From: Candidatus Peribacteria bacterium
Lineage (GTDB): Bacteria; Patescibacteriota; Gracilibacteria; UBA1369; 2-02-FULL-48-14
DNA: 64,000 nt
NCBI GenBank assembly: GCA_943349825.1
Contig: CALQZQ010000004.1
Location: forward strand, 51,866-115,865
Reading direction: 5' to 3'
Shown here: one piece after another, positions 1-9,146 of the stretch
Numbering within the stretch: position 1 is the stretch's first letter
How the letters are laid out: the number at the start of each line of letters is the position of its first letter
The notes under the pieces: generated by a model
The model's input: only the letters and a program-made list of their open reading frames with translations
Databases searched by the model: none
Told to the model about the DNA's origin: nothing
Program-made: the position numbers and the translations under genes

Positions 1-1
1 T

Positions 2-391
2 TATCCCGATGAAGAATTGACTCCAGAAATGAGGGAAGCACGGGATGCTTTTAGGGCTGATTTACAGGGAATTTTGGTGGGATCTGGCGATGTGGAGTTG
101 GGATTTAAGGATGCACAATCCTTTTCTGCTGATAAACGGCCGTATTCCCGTCTTCCCGAAGACAATATTCGTCAGTACTTCAACGCCCACCTCCCTTTGG
201 TGGAACAGTCAGACGATTCGGTTCTACTCATTGAAGGTTTACTCACCGACTTGTGGGAAGAAACGGCTTCTGTACTTCGAAAGTACAATCCATCTGCCTC
301 CATTGGTCCCATTGCTGGAACCAACTTTCGGACAGTCATCAATTGGGCGCATTGGGGGACGGTTTTTTTGCGTGATGGTGATGTACGTTGA
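2..391 (+). CDS. hypothetical protein, 5'-partial (frame open to the window edge)
   Basis: ORF 17..391; no stop upstream in frame; stop falls inside the repeated 59-bp site. Confidence 0.55.
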   Translation, partial: YPDEELTPEMREARDAFRADLQGILVGSGDVELGFKDAQSFSADKRPYSRLPEDNIRQYFNAHLPLVEQSDDSVLLIEGLLTDLWEETASVLRKYNPSASIGPIAGTNFRTVINWAHWGTVFLRDGDVR

Positions 392-464
392 ACTGTACAT
401 TTCATTTTTCAATCAACCTGTAAAAATCTGTGCGCGCGCACAGATGTACAGTGAACTGTACGTT
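384..464. repeat. 59-bp conserved site with palindromic core TGTGCGCGCGCACA (copy 1, 384-442) plus a second GTAC-N8-GTAC arm
   Basis: Matches the reverse complement of 42348-42406 in two blocks (19/21 and 25/26) with a divergent 12-nt spacer. Confidence 0.75.
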
Positions 465-1160
465 CTAAAAAAACGCTTCTCCATTCTCACACACTAGCAC
501 CGGCACTGTGTTTGCCAGCTTTTTGAGCCGCTCTTTTTCGTCGGGACTGAAGGGGACGCGGTTTATGGCGAGGAGGCTGGGACTGAGGAGCATCGCTTCG
601 TTTACGCCTTTTTCCAGGGTTTCAAAATCTGCTTTCCATTCGCGCTGTTTCACCAGGCCCACCACGGAGACGGTGGGGTATTTGATGGTGCGTTCGAGCG
701 AAATGGCGAGGCCGCTTTTGTTTTGGGTCCAACATTTGAGAATGGCGGCGTAGAGTTCTTCGGCGTCGACCTCCAGGAAGCCGCCTTCGGTGAACCAATC
801 GTGCACGGCTTTGGGCCAGCGGTCGGGTTCGGGGAGGGCTTTGAGGCGGTCGATGGCCAATAGTCCGCCGGTGTGGTCTTTCATGAAACGGAGGAGGAAG
901 CGTTGTCCGTTCACTTCGGTGAAGGCTTTGTGGCGAGTGTCGAGTTCGCTACTCACGACTTCTCCAAAACTGCCGCGGATGGCCGCGTGCAAAGTTTCGC
1001 TCGACAAAACGGGGTGCTCTTCCAGCACGCGCCAGCTGTTTTTGTAGCGGATGCGCACGGCGTGGCCGATGGGTACGAGAGCGAGATCCGTGCTGTACTC
1101 AATTAAAGTACGCAAGAGTTTCCCGAGCCGGGGTGTCTGGGATGCGATCGAGTAATCCAT
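465..1160 (-). CDS. degenerate PilT/PilU-like protein lacking Walker A
   Basis: STDLALVPIGHAVRIR, QRFLLRF..GGLLAI, AISLERTIKY, LVKQREWKADFETLEKGVNEAMLLSPSLL align by eye with PilT blocks; GPTGSGKST absent; start uncertain (ATG 1160 overlaps dusB end). Confidence 0.6.
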   Translation of the reverse strand: MDYSIASQTPRLGKLLRTLIEYSTDLALVPIGHAVRIRYKNSWRVLEEHPVLSSETLHAAIRGSFGEVVSSELDTRHKAFTEVNGQRFLLRFMKDHTGGLLAIDRLKALPEPDRWPKAVHDWFTEGGFLEVDAEELYAAILKCWTQNKSGLAISLERTIKYPTVSVVGLVKQREWKADFETLEKGVNEAMLLSPSLLAINRVPFSPDEKERLKKLANTVPVLVCENGEAFF

Positions 1161-2106
1161 AAAGAACGGTTTTAGCTTCTTCCAAAGTGGAGATTTGAAC
1201 GACCTGAGCCCGCGCTTCGCTGGCCCCATCAAATCCACGAATTAAATGTACAAAATGTTTTCGCATTTCTTTCATGCCATGCTCTTCGCCTTTGTACTGC
1301 ACCAGCAGTTCCGCATGACGAATGTAAGTGGGAAGTTTTTCTTTGTAGGTTTGCGGTGCCGTGTAGTCTTCACCGTTGAAGGCGGCAGCGATTTCGGCCA
1401 TCACCCAGGGGTTGCCCATGGTTCCGCGGCCCACCATCACGCCGTCTAAGTTGCCGAGTTTCTCTTGAGCGTCCTTCACATTTTTGATGTCTCCGTTGCC
1501 GATCACTGGAATGCTCACGTGCCGTTTGATTTCGTAAATCGCGTCCCAGTTCGCTTTGCCTAGGTACATTTGTTTGGCGGTGCGTCCGTGGATGGTGATG
1601 AGCTGCGCGCCGGCGCTTTCCAAATCTTTGCAGAATTGAATGAACCAAGGCAGATCGAGTTCGTTGGTGCCGATGCGGGTTTTTACAGAGACGGGGAGTT
1701 TGGTGGCTTTGACGGTGGCTTCCACAATCGCCATGGCTTTGCAGGGATCTTTGAGCAAGGCGCTGCCGTGGTCGCTGGACACAACTTTTTTTGCGGGGCA
1801 ACCCATGTTGATGTCCAGAGCGTCGATGCCCATGTCTTCAATCACTTTGGCGGCGGTGGCGAAATTTTCCGGGCGTTTGCCGAAAATCTGGGCTACGAGT
1901 GGGCGCTCTTCGTTCGGGTTGAAATCCAGCTGTTTGAGAGTCATTTTGCTGTTGTGCACGATTCCGTCTGCGCTGGTGAATTCGGTAAAACAAATCACTC
2001 GCGGTTCGATGCCTTTGATCAATTGGCGATACGCGGTATCGGTGTAGCCGGCCATGGGGGCCAAGGCCAGAATCGGTCGTTTTAAATCTTTCCAGGAGAA
2101 CGCCAT
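1099..2106 (-). CDS. dusB: tRNA-dihydrouridine synthase
   Basis: LAPMAGYTD, DINMGCPAKKV, TIHGRT, IGNGDI, GVMVGRG motifs. Confidence 0.93.
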   Translation of the reverse strand: MAFSWKDLKRPILALAPMAGYTDTAYRQLIKGIEPRVICFTEFTSADGIVHNSKMTLKQLDFNPNEERPLVAQIFGKRPENFATAAKVIEDMGIDALDINMGCPAKKVVSSDHGSALLKDPCKAMAIVEATVKATKLPVSVKTRIGTNELDLPWFIQFCKDLESAGAQLITIHGRTAKQMYLGKANWDAIYEIKRHVSIPVIGNGDIKNVKDAQEKLGNLDGVMVGRGTMGNPWVMAEIAAAFNGEDYTAPQTYKEKLPTYIRHAELLVQYKGEEHGMKEMRKHFVHLIRGFDGASEARAQVVQISTLEEAKTVLYGLLDRIPDTPARETLAYFN

Positions 2107-2109
2107 AAA

Positions 2110-2952
2110 TTATTTTGTTGAATCTCCGAGAAACGTGGCGTGCGTTTCATCGACGGTGCGATAATCGGGGTAATTTTTGCTGGGAGCTCCGGAGGTCCAG
2201 GCGTAACCGAAGCCTTTGCTGTCTTCAAAAAGAGCGGAGAGCACGTAGGCTTGGTTGGCTTTGCCAAAACTGTCGTAGACGGCGTAAACGTAGCCGAATT
2301 TTTTACCGGCTTTGTCCACTTCACCTTGTCGGGCATCCACGGGGACTTTGGTGAAGGCGTCGCTTTCCACGAGTGCTGCTTCGATTTGGCTCACTGCTGG
2401 ATAGCTGCCGTGTTGGGCTTTGTAGATTTCGATGACTTGTTTGATTTTAGTCATGTCGTCCATGCGGTCATCGTTGTCTGCCAGATAACTGGTATCGGAA
2501 TCCGGAGTTTTGATCACGTCCGTTTGGCCGTTGTTTGCGAGTAAGTCGCCACGCTTTTGATCGGCAAAATACCAGATCATGCTGCCGCCGATCAGTACTA
2601 CGAGCACTGCGGGGATGAGCATGGCCAAAAAGAATTGACGTTTTTCGCCGGGAACTGTTTCGCGGCGCTCGGTGCCATGGTCAAAACGGCTGGGTCGATT
2701 TTCTACCTGGAGATCCGCGAGAGGGTCGGGAGTGGGGACGATTTTTCGAGGTTCGGGTTGGGGTGCGGCCGGAGTTTGAGCACTGTGGCGGCGTTCTTCG
2801 GCCACTTTCATGAGGGCCAGTGCGCGTTGGTTTCCAGGTTCGAGTTCGAGGATTTCCGCGCAACCTTGTACCACCTTTTCAAATTCACCAGCATTGAGCC
2901 AGGATTGAATGTGGTTGAGGGCTTGCGAAACGCTGATTGAGTTTTCGTCCAT
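2110..2952 (-). CDS. membrane protein: TPR-like N-terminus, one TM helix, C-terminal GspG/pilin-like globular domain
   Basis: ILELEPGNQRALAL; TM FFLAMLIPAVLVVLIGGSMIWYF; RMDDMTKIKQVIEIYKAQHGSYP..VPVD..YVY..YVLSALFE. Confidence 0.6.
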   Translation of the reverse strand: MDENSISVSQALNHIQSWLNAGEFEKVVQGCAEILELEPGNQRALALMKVAEERRHSAQTPAAPQPEPRKIVPTPDPLADLQVENRPSRFDHGTERRETVPGEKRQFFLAMLIPAVLVVLIGGSMIWYFADQKRGDLLANNGQTDVIKTPDSDTSYLADNDDRMDDMTKIKQVIEIYKAQHGSYPAVSQIEAALVESDAFTKVPVDARQGEVDKAGKKFGYVYAVYDSFGKANQAYVLSALFEDSKGFGYAWTSGAPSKNYPDYRTVDETHATFLGDSTK

Positions 2953-2996
2953 ATGGCAACAGAGTAACGGAATTGCAGGTTTGGGTCAATTGAGCT

Positions 2997-3560
2997 CTAG
3001 AAGCTCTCTCCCTCTTTCACCTCGGCTCCGCCCACGGCGGGGATCACGGCTTCGATGGTGCCCCAGATGGCCTCGCGGTCTTTGGGGACGATGAGGGTGA
3101 TGTCGTCGCCAACGCAACCTTTGTAGTAAGTGACTGAAGCGAGGAGCACGCGGTAGCTTTTGCCGCCGGCCACCACTTTGAATTGGCCGTCTTCTTTCAG
3201 CAGGGCGCCGCGCACGAATTCACGGTCCACGGGGGCGATTTGTTTGTAGAGGAAAGTTCCGTTGGGGAGAATGGTGAGTTTGAGTCGGTCGCCTTCCACA
3301 AGCTTGGATTTGCTGGCGTAGTTGGCGGGCACAGGGAACATTTTGTCTTCGGGTCCAACCATGGCTTGGCCGTCGAAAGTGCCTTCCACAATTTGGCTTT
3401 CACCCGAATCGTAGGCTTTGGCATCGCCGGTGGGCAAAGAGCGCTCGGATTTGGTGGCGGCAGTGGGATCCAGCTCTTCGAGCAAAGCCCGGGCGGAACG
3501 CAAAGAAGCTTCCGCGGTTTCAATCATACGAAGGATTTTGTGAACTTGGTCCGCGCTCAT
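2997..3560 (-). CDS. conserved CPR-type hypothetical protein
   Basis: IVEGTFDGQAMVGP..VPANYASKSKLVEGD.LKLTI..YKQI signature recalled from CPR genomes. Confidence 0.8.
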   Translation of the reverse strand: MSADQVHKILRMIETAEASLRSARALLEELDPTAATKSERSLPTGDAKAYDSGESQIVEGTFDGQAMVGPEDKMFPVPANYASKSKLVEGDRLKLTILPNGTFLYKQIAPVDREFVRGALLKEDGQFKVVAGGKSYRVLLASVTYYKGCVGDDITLIVPKDREAIWGTIEAVIPAVGGAEVKEGESF

Positions 3561-3576
3561 GGTTTTGGTGTTAGTT

Positions 3577-4569
3577 TTAAAGTGACTGTTCGTTTAAACG
3601 ATATATTACTTTTTCGCCGTTTTGTCCAGAAATTCGCAGGTCGATGTAGTTGAGATCCGCCTCGTAAATATTGAGGGAGGTCAGCGATTTTTTGAGCTTT
3701 GTGAATTGTAAATTGACGTCTTGAGTCAGGTCGAGCCAGACCGTGAAATGGCGCTCGGTGAGTAGGTGCAGTTCGCGGGCTTGTTTCAAATAATGGATTT
3801 CCAGCACTTGCATGTTGAATTTCCCGATGAAGTCTTTGGAGGCCTGAAGGAGGACATCCAAAGTTTCTTTATCGATCAGCTCTTGGTTGAGGGTGTAGCT
3901 GGGTTTGGCCACGGTTGTCTCTGTGGATTCGGCCATTTCTCCTGTGGCATCTGTTGCTGGCAGCGTTTCTTCGGTGCTGGGCAGCGTGGCGTCTGTGCTG
4001 GTCACGTCCATGACGATGGTGGCCAGGCTTTCGTCGCTGATGCCGGTGGCGGAAATGTAGCCTTCCTCATTGATCACGAAAAATTGTTGCGAGCCGTCGG
4101 TGTAGTCCACGCGCACGTTGGCCACGGCGGGGTAGGTGCCCAACACCACGGTGAGGGTGTGGAAAAAATCACGGCGTACGTCTAGAGTTTGCAGGTAGGG
4201 ATACTGTTCCAGCAAGGCGATTTCAATCTGGGGGACATTCACCGTGAGCAGATTTTTGCCTAGATACTCCTGAAGGCTGGTGTTGAGGGAGCTTTGCTCT
4301 TCGAGAGTATCGCTGCTGCCTTCCACATTGATTTGCTGGATTTCAAAGAGGTCGGTAAAGAAGAGCGCGTAGAAAAAACCCAGTATTGCGGCTAGGATCG
4401 CGGCGATTTTTAGGCCACGCAGCAGTCGTGCAAAAAAACCGGTTTTACGGATTCGGGGTTCTCCTTTAGGTTCAAAAGGTTTACGAGAAGAGAGCTTCGG
4501 GTTCCGGTAACTGGAGAAGTTCGCGGAATTAGTTCGACGCCTGCGTTTAAAGCGATCCAAAAATCCCAT
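3577..4569 (-). CDS. ftsQ: FtsQ/DivIB-like cell division protein (TM + POTRA)
   Basis: Basic N-tail, TM, FEIQQINVEG, YLGKNLL, C-terminal YIDLR. Confidence 0.75.
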   Translation of the reverse strand: MGFLDRFKRRRRTNSANFSSYRNPKLSSRKPFEPKGEPRIRKTGFFARLLRGLKIAAILAAILGFFYALFFTDLFEIQQINVEGSSDTLEEQSSLNTSLQEYLGKNLLTVNVPQIEIALLEQYPYLQTLDVRRDFFHTLTVVLGTYPAVANVRVDYTDGSQQFFVINEEGYISATGISDESLATIVMDVTSTDATLPSTEETLPATDATGEMAESTETTVAKPSYTLNQELIDKETLDVLLQASKDFIGKFNMQVLEIHYLKQARELHLLTERHFTVWLDLTQDVNLQFTKLKKSLTSLNIYEADLNYIDLRISGQNGEKVIYRLNEQSL

Positions 4570-4595
4570 GGCGCGGGAGAGGTGAAAAGGACTTA

Positions 4596-4751
4596 CTAGA
4601 TGTTTCCTTTAGCGAGCGCTTCTCGAAGTGCTCCGGTGCGCTTTTCAGCGCTGGCACGAGCGTTCGTCTTGTTGCGACGTCTCCATTGCTTGGATTTAGG
4701 TCTCCAAGCGTCGGCGTCTACCAGGTTGTGGGTTTTACTGTTGCAATTCAT
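4596..4751 (-). CDS. small basic protein (51 aa), absent from the ORF track
   Basis: ATG..TAG followed by TAA; MNCNSKTHNLVDADAWRPKSKQWRRRNKTNARASAEKRTGALREALAKGNI; TTGACT/TAAAAT-like elements upstream. Confidence 0.5.
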   Translation of the reverse strand: MNCNSKTHNLVDADAWRPKSKQWRRRNKTNARASAEKRTGALREALAKGNI

Positions 4752-4865
4752 ATGTGCGCGGATTTTACGGGGAAAGGGGCAGAGAAGTCAAGTTTAATCC
4801 GCTTCGCCACAAAATTTGGCGTAAAAACGCTTTTATGTTATAATTAATTTGATTTTAATTTTACT

Positions 4866-5654
4866 ATGACTGACCGCGTGCGTGGAGAGGAGGATTTGGA
4901 TCAGCTAGAACCTCTGGCCGTAGGGACTCGTATCTTGGCGCTAGGGTCTTCAACGGAACCACCGGGCTTTTATAAGAAAGAAATTATTAGGTTTATTGAT
5001 ACAGAATCCCCTCGTTTGGTGGTTCTGAGTTCTTTGGGCTCGGTGGCCGTCTTTCAAGAAGAATACCCTGTTATTCGCTCTTCTGGAGACTATCGCCTTA
5101 TGGAGCCCCCCGTTACTTTTGCCATTCGGGAGGACGTTTTGGAGGTATATTTAAGAAAGGGAAAGTGGGTGCGTTTGGGGAAAATAAGAAATTCTTCACT
5201 CGCCTTGCCTCCTCTTAGAGTTCAAACCCCGGTGAGTGCTGTTGTCCAGAGAGTTTTAACTGAGCCGGTTCCCGTTCCTCCAGAGTCTGCAACGTTTTGG
5301 GTGGGTATGGGCGATTTGGACCGCCCATTGGTGGGTTCCGGCAGGCCCCAACTGTCTGGCTCATTGGATGGGATTGAAGAAGAGTATGCAGCGGATGGTC
5401 GTGCGGTGGATGCAGCTATGCTTGCTTTGGAAAGTAGTTTGAATTTGCGGCCCGATCAAATCACAGCGGCGCTTCTGAGGCCACAATTGATCGTTTTGAG
5501 AGCCCATCAGCATTTGCTTACTGGACCACTTTTAGCACGTCTCAAAGGAATGAATAGGCGCTTAGCTGCAATTTATAATTCTAGTCAGGCTCCAAACCTT
5601 AGGGAAGCGATAACTGCGATCAACGATTTGTTGCGTTTCTTAGCCAAGTCCTAG
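4866..5654 (+). CDS. hypothetical protein (orphan)
   Basis: 262-aa ORF after an AT-rich leader; followed by a terminator hairpin. Confidence 0.7.
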   Translation: MTDRVRGEEDLDQLEPLAVGTRILALGSSTEPPGFYKKEIIRFIDTESPRLVVLSSLGSVAVFQEEYPVIRSSGDYRLMEPPVTFAIREDVLEVYLRKGKWVRLGKIRNSSLALPPLRVQTPVSAVVQRVLTEPVPVPPESATFWVGMGDLDRPLVGSGRPQLSGSLDGIEEEYAADGRAVDAAMLALESSLNLRPDQITAALLRPQLIVLRAHQHLLTGPLLARLKGMNRRLAAIYNSSQAPNLREAITAINDLLRFLAKS

Positions 5655-5667
5655 GCTCTTGAATTTA

Positions 5668-5702
5668 AAAGAGAGCCCACGTGGAGGAGAGGCTCTCTTT
5701 TC
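5668..5702. terminator. bidirectional intrinsic terminator
   Basis: AAAGAGAGCC...GGCTCTCTTTT between convergent genes. Confidence 0.7.
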
Positions 5703-5749
5703 ATGATTGATTTAGGACGCGGAGCGCGTCTTGCAATGAAACTGTGGGC

Positions 5750-8700
5750 TTAACTACAACCCATACTATTTCCACAGTTCAGACACTTGTAGCAGGTCGC
5801 GTTGCGCACGGTCACATGGCCACAGGTGGAGCAGAGGGGCGCGTCGCCCATGAGTCCGGAAAGTTGTTTGGTGAGGCCGTCTTCGCTGGCAGTGCGGATG
5901 GCGCTGTCTGCAGCAGCTCCGGCAGTTTCTTCGGCGACGCTGATAGCGGCTTCGGTCATCATGGCGCTGGTGAGGTTGTTGCGAGAATTGTTTTCGTCGA
6001 GTTGAGTGCTTTTGGGCTCCACGTGCACGAAGTCGGTGCGGCCGAGGTATTCCATGCCGAGGACACGGAAGATGAAGTCGACGATGGAGGTCGCAGTGCG
6101 CACGTTGGGATGCGTGGTGAATCCGGAGGGTTCAAAGCGCGTGAAGGTGAAGCTGTCCACGTATTTTTCCAGGGGCACTCCGTATTGCATACCGATGGAA
6201 ACGGCCACGGCGAAACAGTTGAGCAAGCTGCGGTAGGAAGCGCCTTCTTTGAATGTGTCGATGAAGATTTCGCCGAGTTTGCCGTCGTCGTATTCTCCGG
6301 TGCGGATGTACATTTTTTGGCCGGCGATGCTGGCTTCCACGGTGATTCCACGGCGCTTGGTCGGCATTTGCAGTTTGTTGCCACGCATGAGTCCCACGGG
6401 AGCTGCAAGACCTGCGGCTTCGATGCCGGCTTCTTCTTTTTTCTTGGCGTCGCTCTTGGAAGAGAGAGGCTGAGACTGTTTGCAACCGTCACGGTAGAGC
6501 GCGATGGCTTTGAGGCCCATTTTCCAAGATTCGATGTAGGTGTTTTTGATGTCTTCCACAGTGGCTTCTTTGGGCAAGTTCACCGTTTTGGAGATGGCTC
6601 CGGAAAGGAAAGGTTGCACGGCGGCCATCATTTTTACATGACCGAGGGGCGCGATGTAACGTTCTCCGGCTCCACATTTGTTGGCACAATCGAAGATGGC
6701 GAAGTGCTCGATTTTGAGGTGAGGTGCGCCTTCCATGGTTTGCGTGCCTTCAATATAGAAGCGCGCGGCTTGAATTTGATCTTGAGTCAGTCCCTTGGCG
6801 AGCAGCGCTTTGGGAGTGATGTGGGGAGCCCATTCGTCCAGAGTCTTGGCTTTTTCCACGTGCTTGGTGGCTTCGATGATTTGAGTTTCGGTGAAACCCA
6901 GGTCCTTGAGGGCGGTGGGGCTGATGTGAGGGGCGCCGTTGAGAGTGCCGTGACCCAGCACGAAGTCTGCCATTTCGGTGATGTCGCTTTCTTTGTAGCC
7001 GAGCTTGTTGAGAGCTGCGGGGATGGATTTGTTGATGATCTTGAAGTGTCCTCCTCCGGCGAGCTTCTTCCACTTTACAATGGAGAACTCAGGTTCCACA
7101 CCGGTGGTGTCGCAGTCCATGAGCAGACCGATGGTTCCCGTGGGCGCGAGCACGGTGGCTTGCGCGTTGCGGTAACCGAACTTTTCTCCGAGTTCCACGG
7201 CGAGGTCAGCGTCTTCACAAGCGGCTTTGTAGAGATCTTTGGGGCAGAGTTTGCTGTCGATTTGGTGCGCGGCTTCTTGGTGTTTGCGCATCACACGGAG
7301 CATGCCGTCGCGGTTCTTTTCAAAGCCGGCGAAGGTGCCGACCACTTTAGCGAGTTCTGCGGAAGTGGCGAAAGCGTGGCAGTGCATGATGGCGGTGAGG
7401 GCGGCAGCAATGGCGCGGCCTTCGTCACTGTCGTAAGGGATTCCGGACATCATGAGCAGGGTTCCGAGGTTGGCGTAACCGAGCCCGAGAGGACGGAAAT
7501 CGTGGCTGTTTTTGGCGATGTTCACGGTGGGGTAGGACGAAAGGTCCACGAGGATTTCTTGGGCGATGAAGAAGATTTCGGACGCGTGGCGGTAGCCGGC
7601 GATGTCGAAAGAGCCGTCTTCATTCAGGAATTTCATGAGGTTCAAAGACGCGAGGTTGCAAGCGGTGTCGTCGAGGAACATGTACTCGGAACAAGGGTTG
7701 GAACCATTGATGCGGCCGGTGACCGGAGAGGTGTGCCAATCGTTGATGGTGGTGTCGAATTGCAGGCCGGGATCGGCGCAGCTCCATGCGGCGCGGCAGA
7801 TGTCTTCAAACAAATCTTGAGCGTCGATTTCTTCATGAGGTTTGCCATCGGTGCGGCGCTTGGTCCAGAACTTGCCGCCCTTTTCGACGGCGTTCATGAA
7901 CTCGTCGTTCACACGCACGGAGTTGTTGGAGTTTTGTCCGGAAACCGTGTGGTAGGCTTCGCCACGCCAGTCGCTGTCGTAGCCGGCGGCGATGAGTGCG
8001 CGGGCTTTCTTTTCAGATTCCACTTTCCAGTTCACGAAGTCACGGATTTCAGGGTGATCCACATCCAGCACCACCATTTTGGCGGCACGACGGGTGGTTC
8101 CTCCGGATTTGATGGCACCGGCGCCGCGGTCGAGTACTTCCAGGAAAGACATGAGCCCGGAAGAGATGCCTCCGCCGGAAAGAATTTCGTATTTGGAGCG
8201 CAAATTGGAGAAATTGGATCCGGTTCCGGAGCCGTACTTGAAGAGCTTAGCTTCGTTCTTGGCGAGTTCAAAAATTCCCATCAAAGAGTCGTCTACTTTT
8301 TGAATGAAGCAGGCGCTGCATTGAGGGCGAGCGTAGGCGTTGTCGATTTCCACCACGGCTCCTTGGGCAAAATCCCAGGCGTAGTTGCCGGCGTCGCCGA
8401 CCACTCCGTATTCGTGGTAAAGACCGCAGTTGAACCACACGGGGGAGTTGAAGGCCCCGCGCTGGGTGATGAGCATGTATTTGAGTTCTTGTTCGAAAGA
8501 ATCCGCATCGTCCTTGGAGGCAAAGTAGCCTTTATCTTCTCCAAAAGTGCGGATGGTGTGAGCCACGCGGTGCACGGTTTGTTTGGCGCTGGATTCGCTG
8601 CCGGCCTTGCCGTCCACGCCGCGTTTGCGGAAATATTTTTGGGCCAAAATGTCCGTGGCCAGTTGAGACCAGCTGGTGGGGACTTCCACGTTTTTCATCT

Positions 8701-8911
8701 CGAAAACCACGGAACCGTTGGGCTCGGTGATTCGGGATTCACGCAGGTCATAATCCATCATATCGAAGGCTTCGAGACCCGCTTGGGTGAAGCGACGAGC
8801 GATGCGCAGACCATTTTTGGTGGCCTTAGCCTCTTGAGGCTGTTTGATTTCTTTCTTTGCGGCCCCGGTAGGGGTCACAACGGGGTCGGGGAGGGTAATA
8901 GATTGGGCCAT
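5750..8911 (-). CDS. nrdJ: class II (adenosylcobalamin-dependent) ribonucleoside-diphosphate reductase with C-terminal TSCPD/Zn-finger region
   Basis: FNSPVWFN, PQCSACFI, SNPCSEY, ACNLASLNL, APTGTI, AISKTVN, YRDGCK, CSTCG..CLNCG..GCS; start at MAQSITL. Confidence 0.95.
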   Translation of the reverse strand: MAQSITLPDPVVTPTGAAKKEIKQPQEAKATKNGLRIARRFTQAGLEAFDMMDYDLRESRITEPNGSVVFEMKNVEVPTSWSQLATDILAQKYFRKRGVDGKAGSESSAKQTVHRVAHTIRTFGEDKGYFASKDDADSFEQELKYMLITQRGAFNSPVWFNCGLYHEYGVVGDAGNYAWDFAQGAVVEIDNAYARPQCSACFIQKVDDSLMGIFELAKNEAKLFKYGSGTGSNFSNLRSKYEILSGGGISSGLMSFLEVLDRGAGAIKSGGTTRRAAKMVVLDVDHPEIRDFVNWKVESEKKARALIAAGYDSDWRGEAYHTVSGQNSNNSVRVNDEFMNAVEKGGKFWTKRRTDGKPHEEIDAQDLFEDICRAAWSCADPGLQFDTTINDWHTSPVTGRINGSNPCSEYMFLDDTACNLASLNLMKFLNEDGSFDIAGYRHASEIFFIAQEILVDLSSYPTVNIAKNSHDFRPLGLGYANLGTLLMMSGIPYDSDEGRAIAAALTAIMHCHAFATSAELAKVVGTFAGFEKNRDGMLRVMRKHQEAAHQIDSKLCPKDLYKAACEDADLAVELGEKFGYRNAQATVLAPTGTIGLLMDCDTTGVEPEFSIVKWKKLAGGGHFKIINKSIPAALNKLGYKESDITEMADFVLGHGTLNGAPHISPTALKDLGFTETQIIEATKHVEKAKTLDEWAPHITPKALLAKGLTQDQIQAARFYIEGTQTMEGAPHLKIEHFAIFDCANKCGAGERYIAPLGHVKMMAAVQPFLSGAISKTVNLPKEATVEDIKNTYIESWKMGLKAIALYRDGCKQSQPLSSKSDAKKKEEAGIEAAGLAAPVGLMRGNKLQMPTKRRGITVEASIAGQKMYIRTGEYDDGKLGEIFIDTFKEGASYRSLLNCFAVAVSIGMQYGVPLEKYVDSFTFTRFEPSGFTTHPNVRTATSIVDFIFRVLGMEYLGRTDFVHVEPKSTQLDENNSRNNLTSAMMTEAAISVAEETAGAAADSAIRTASEDGLTKQLSGLMGDAPLCSTCGHVTVRNATCYKCLNCGNSMGCS

Positions 8912-8988
8912 ACAGCGTGGAAAATGAAAAAGAGGAAATAGGAAGAGGGTTGGAAGGACTACCGGTGGAGTGGGGGAATCGGGTGCAG

Positions 8989-9036
8989 ACACAAGATATT
9001 GTGTGCCGCTTCCTTGTAGTACACAAGATATCGAAG
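8989..9036. promoter_or_regulatory. tandem NrdR boxes
   Basis: ACACAAGATATTGTGT (8989-9004) and ACACAAGATATCGAAG (9021-9036), starts 32 bp apart, upstream of nrdJ; fits the acaCwAtATaTwGtgt consensus. Confidence 0.9.
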
Positions 9037-9146
9037 TTCTCCAGGATCGTCAAAGCAATGTTACACCGATTCCATTGACGCTTTTTGAATTGTTTTTGGA
9101 GTACAAAAAAGAGGCCAGATTGGGTGATCTGGAAGAAACTTGTGGG

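Noticed and set aside
2997..3560. Ribosomal protein label for this ORF
   Set aside because: No recognisable ribosomal protein motifs; kept as conserved hypothetical.
5744..8941. 1065-aa ORF on the + strand
   Set aside because: Antisense shadow spanning nrdJ; no motifs, and explained by codon bias of the real gene.
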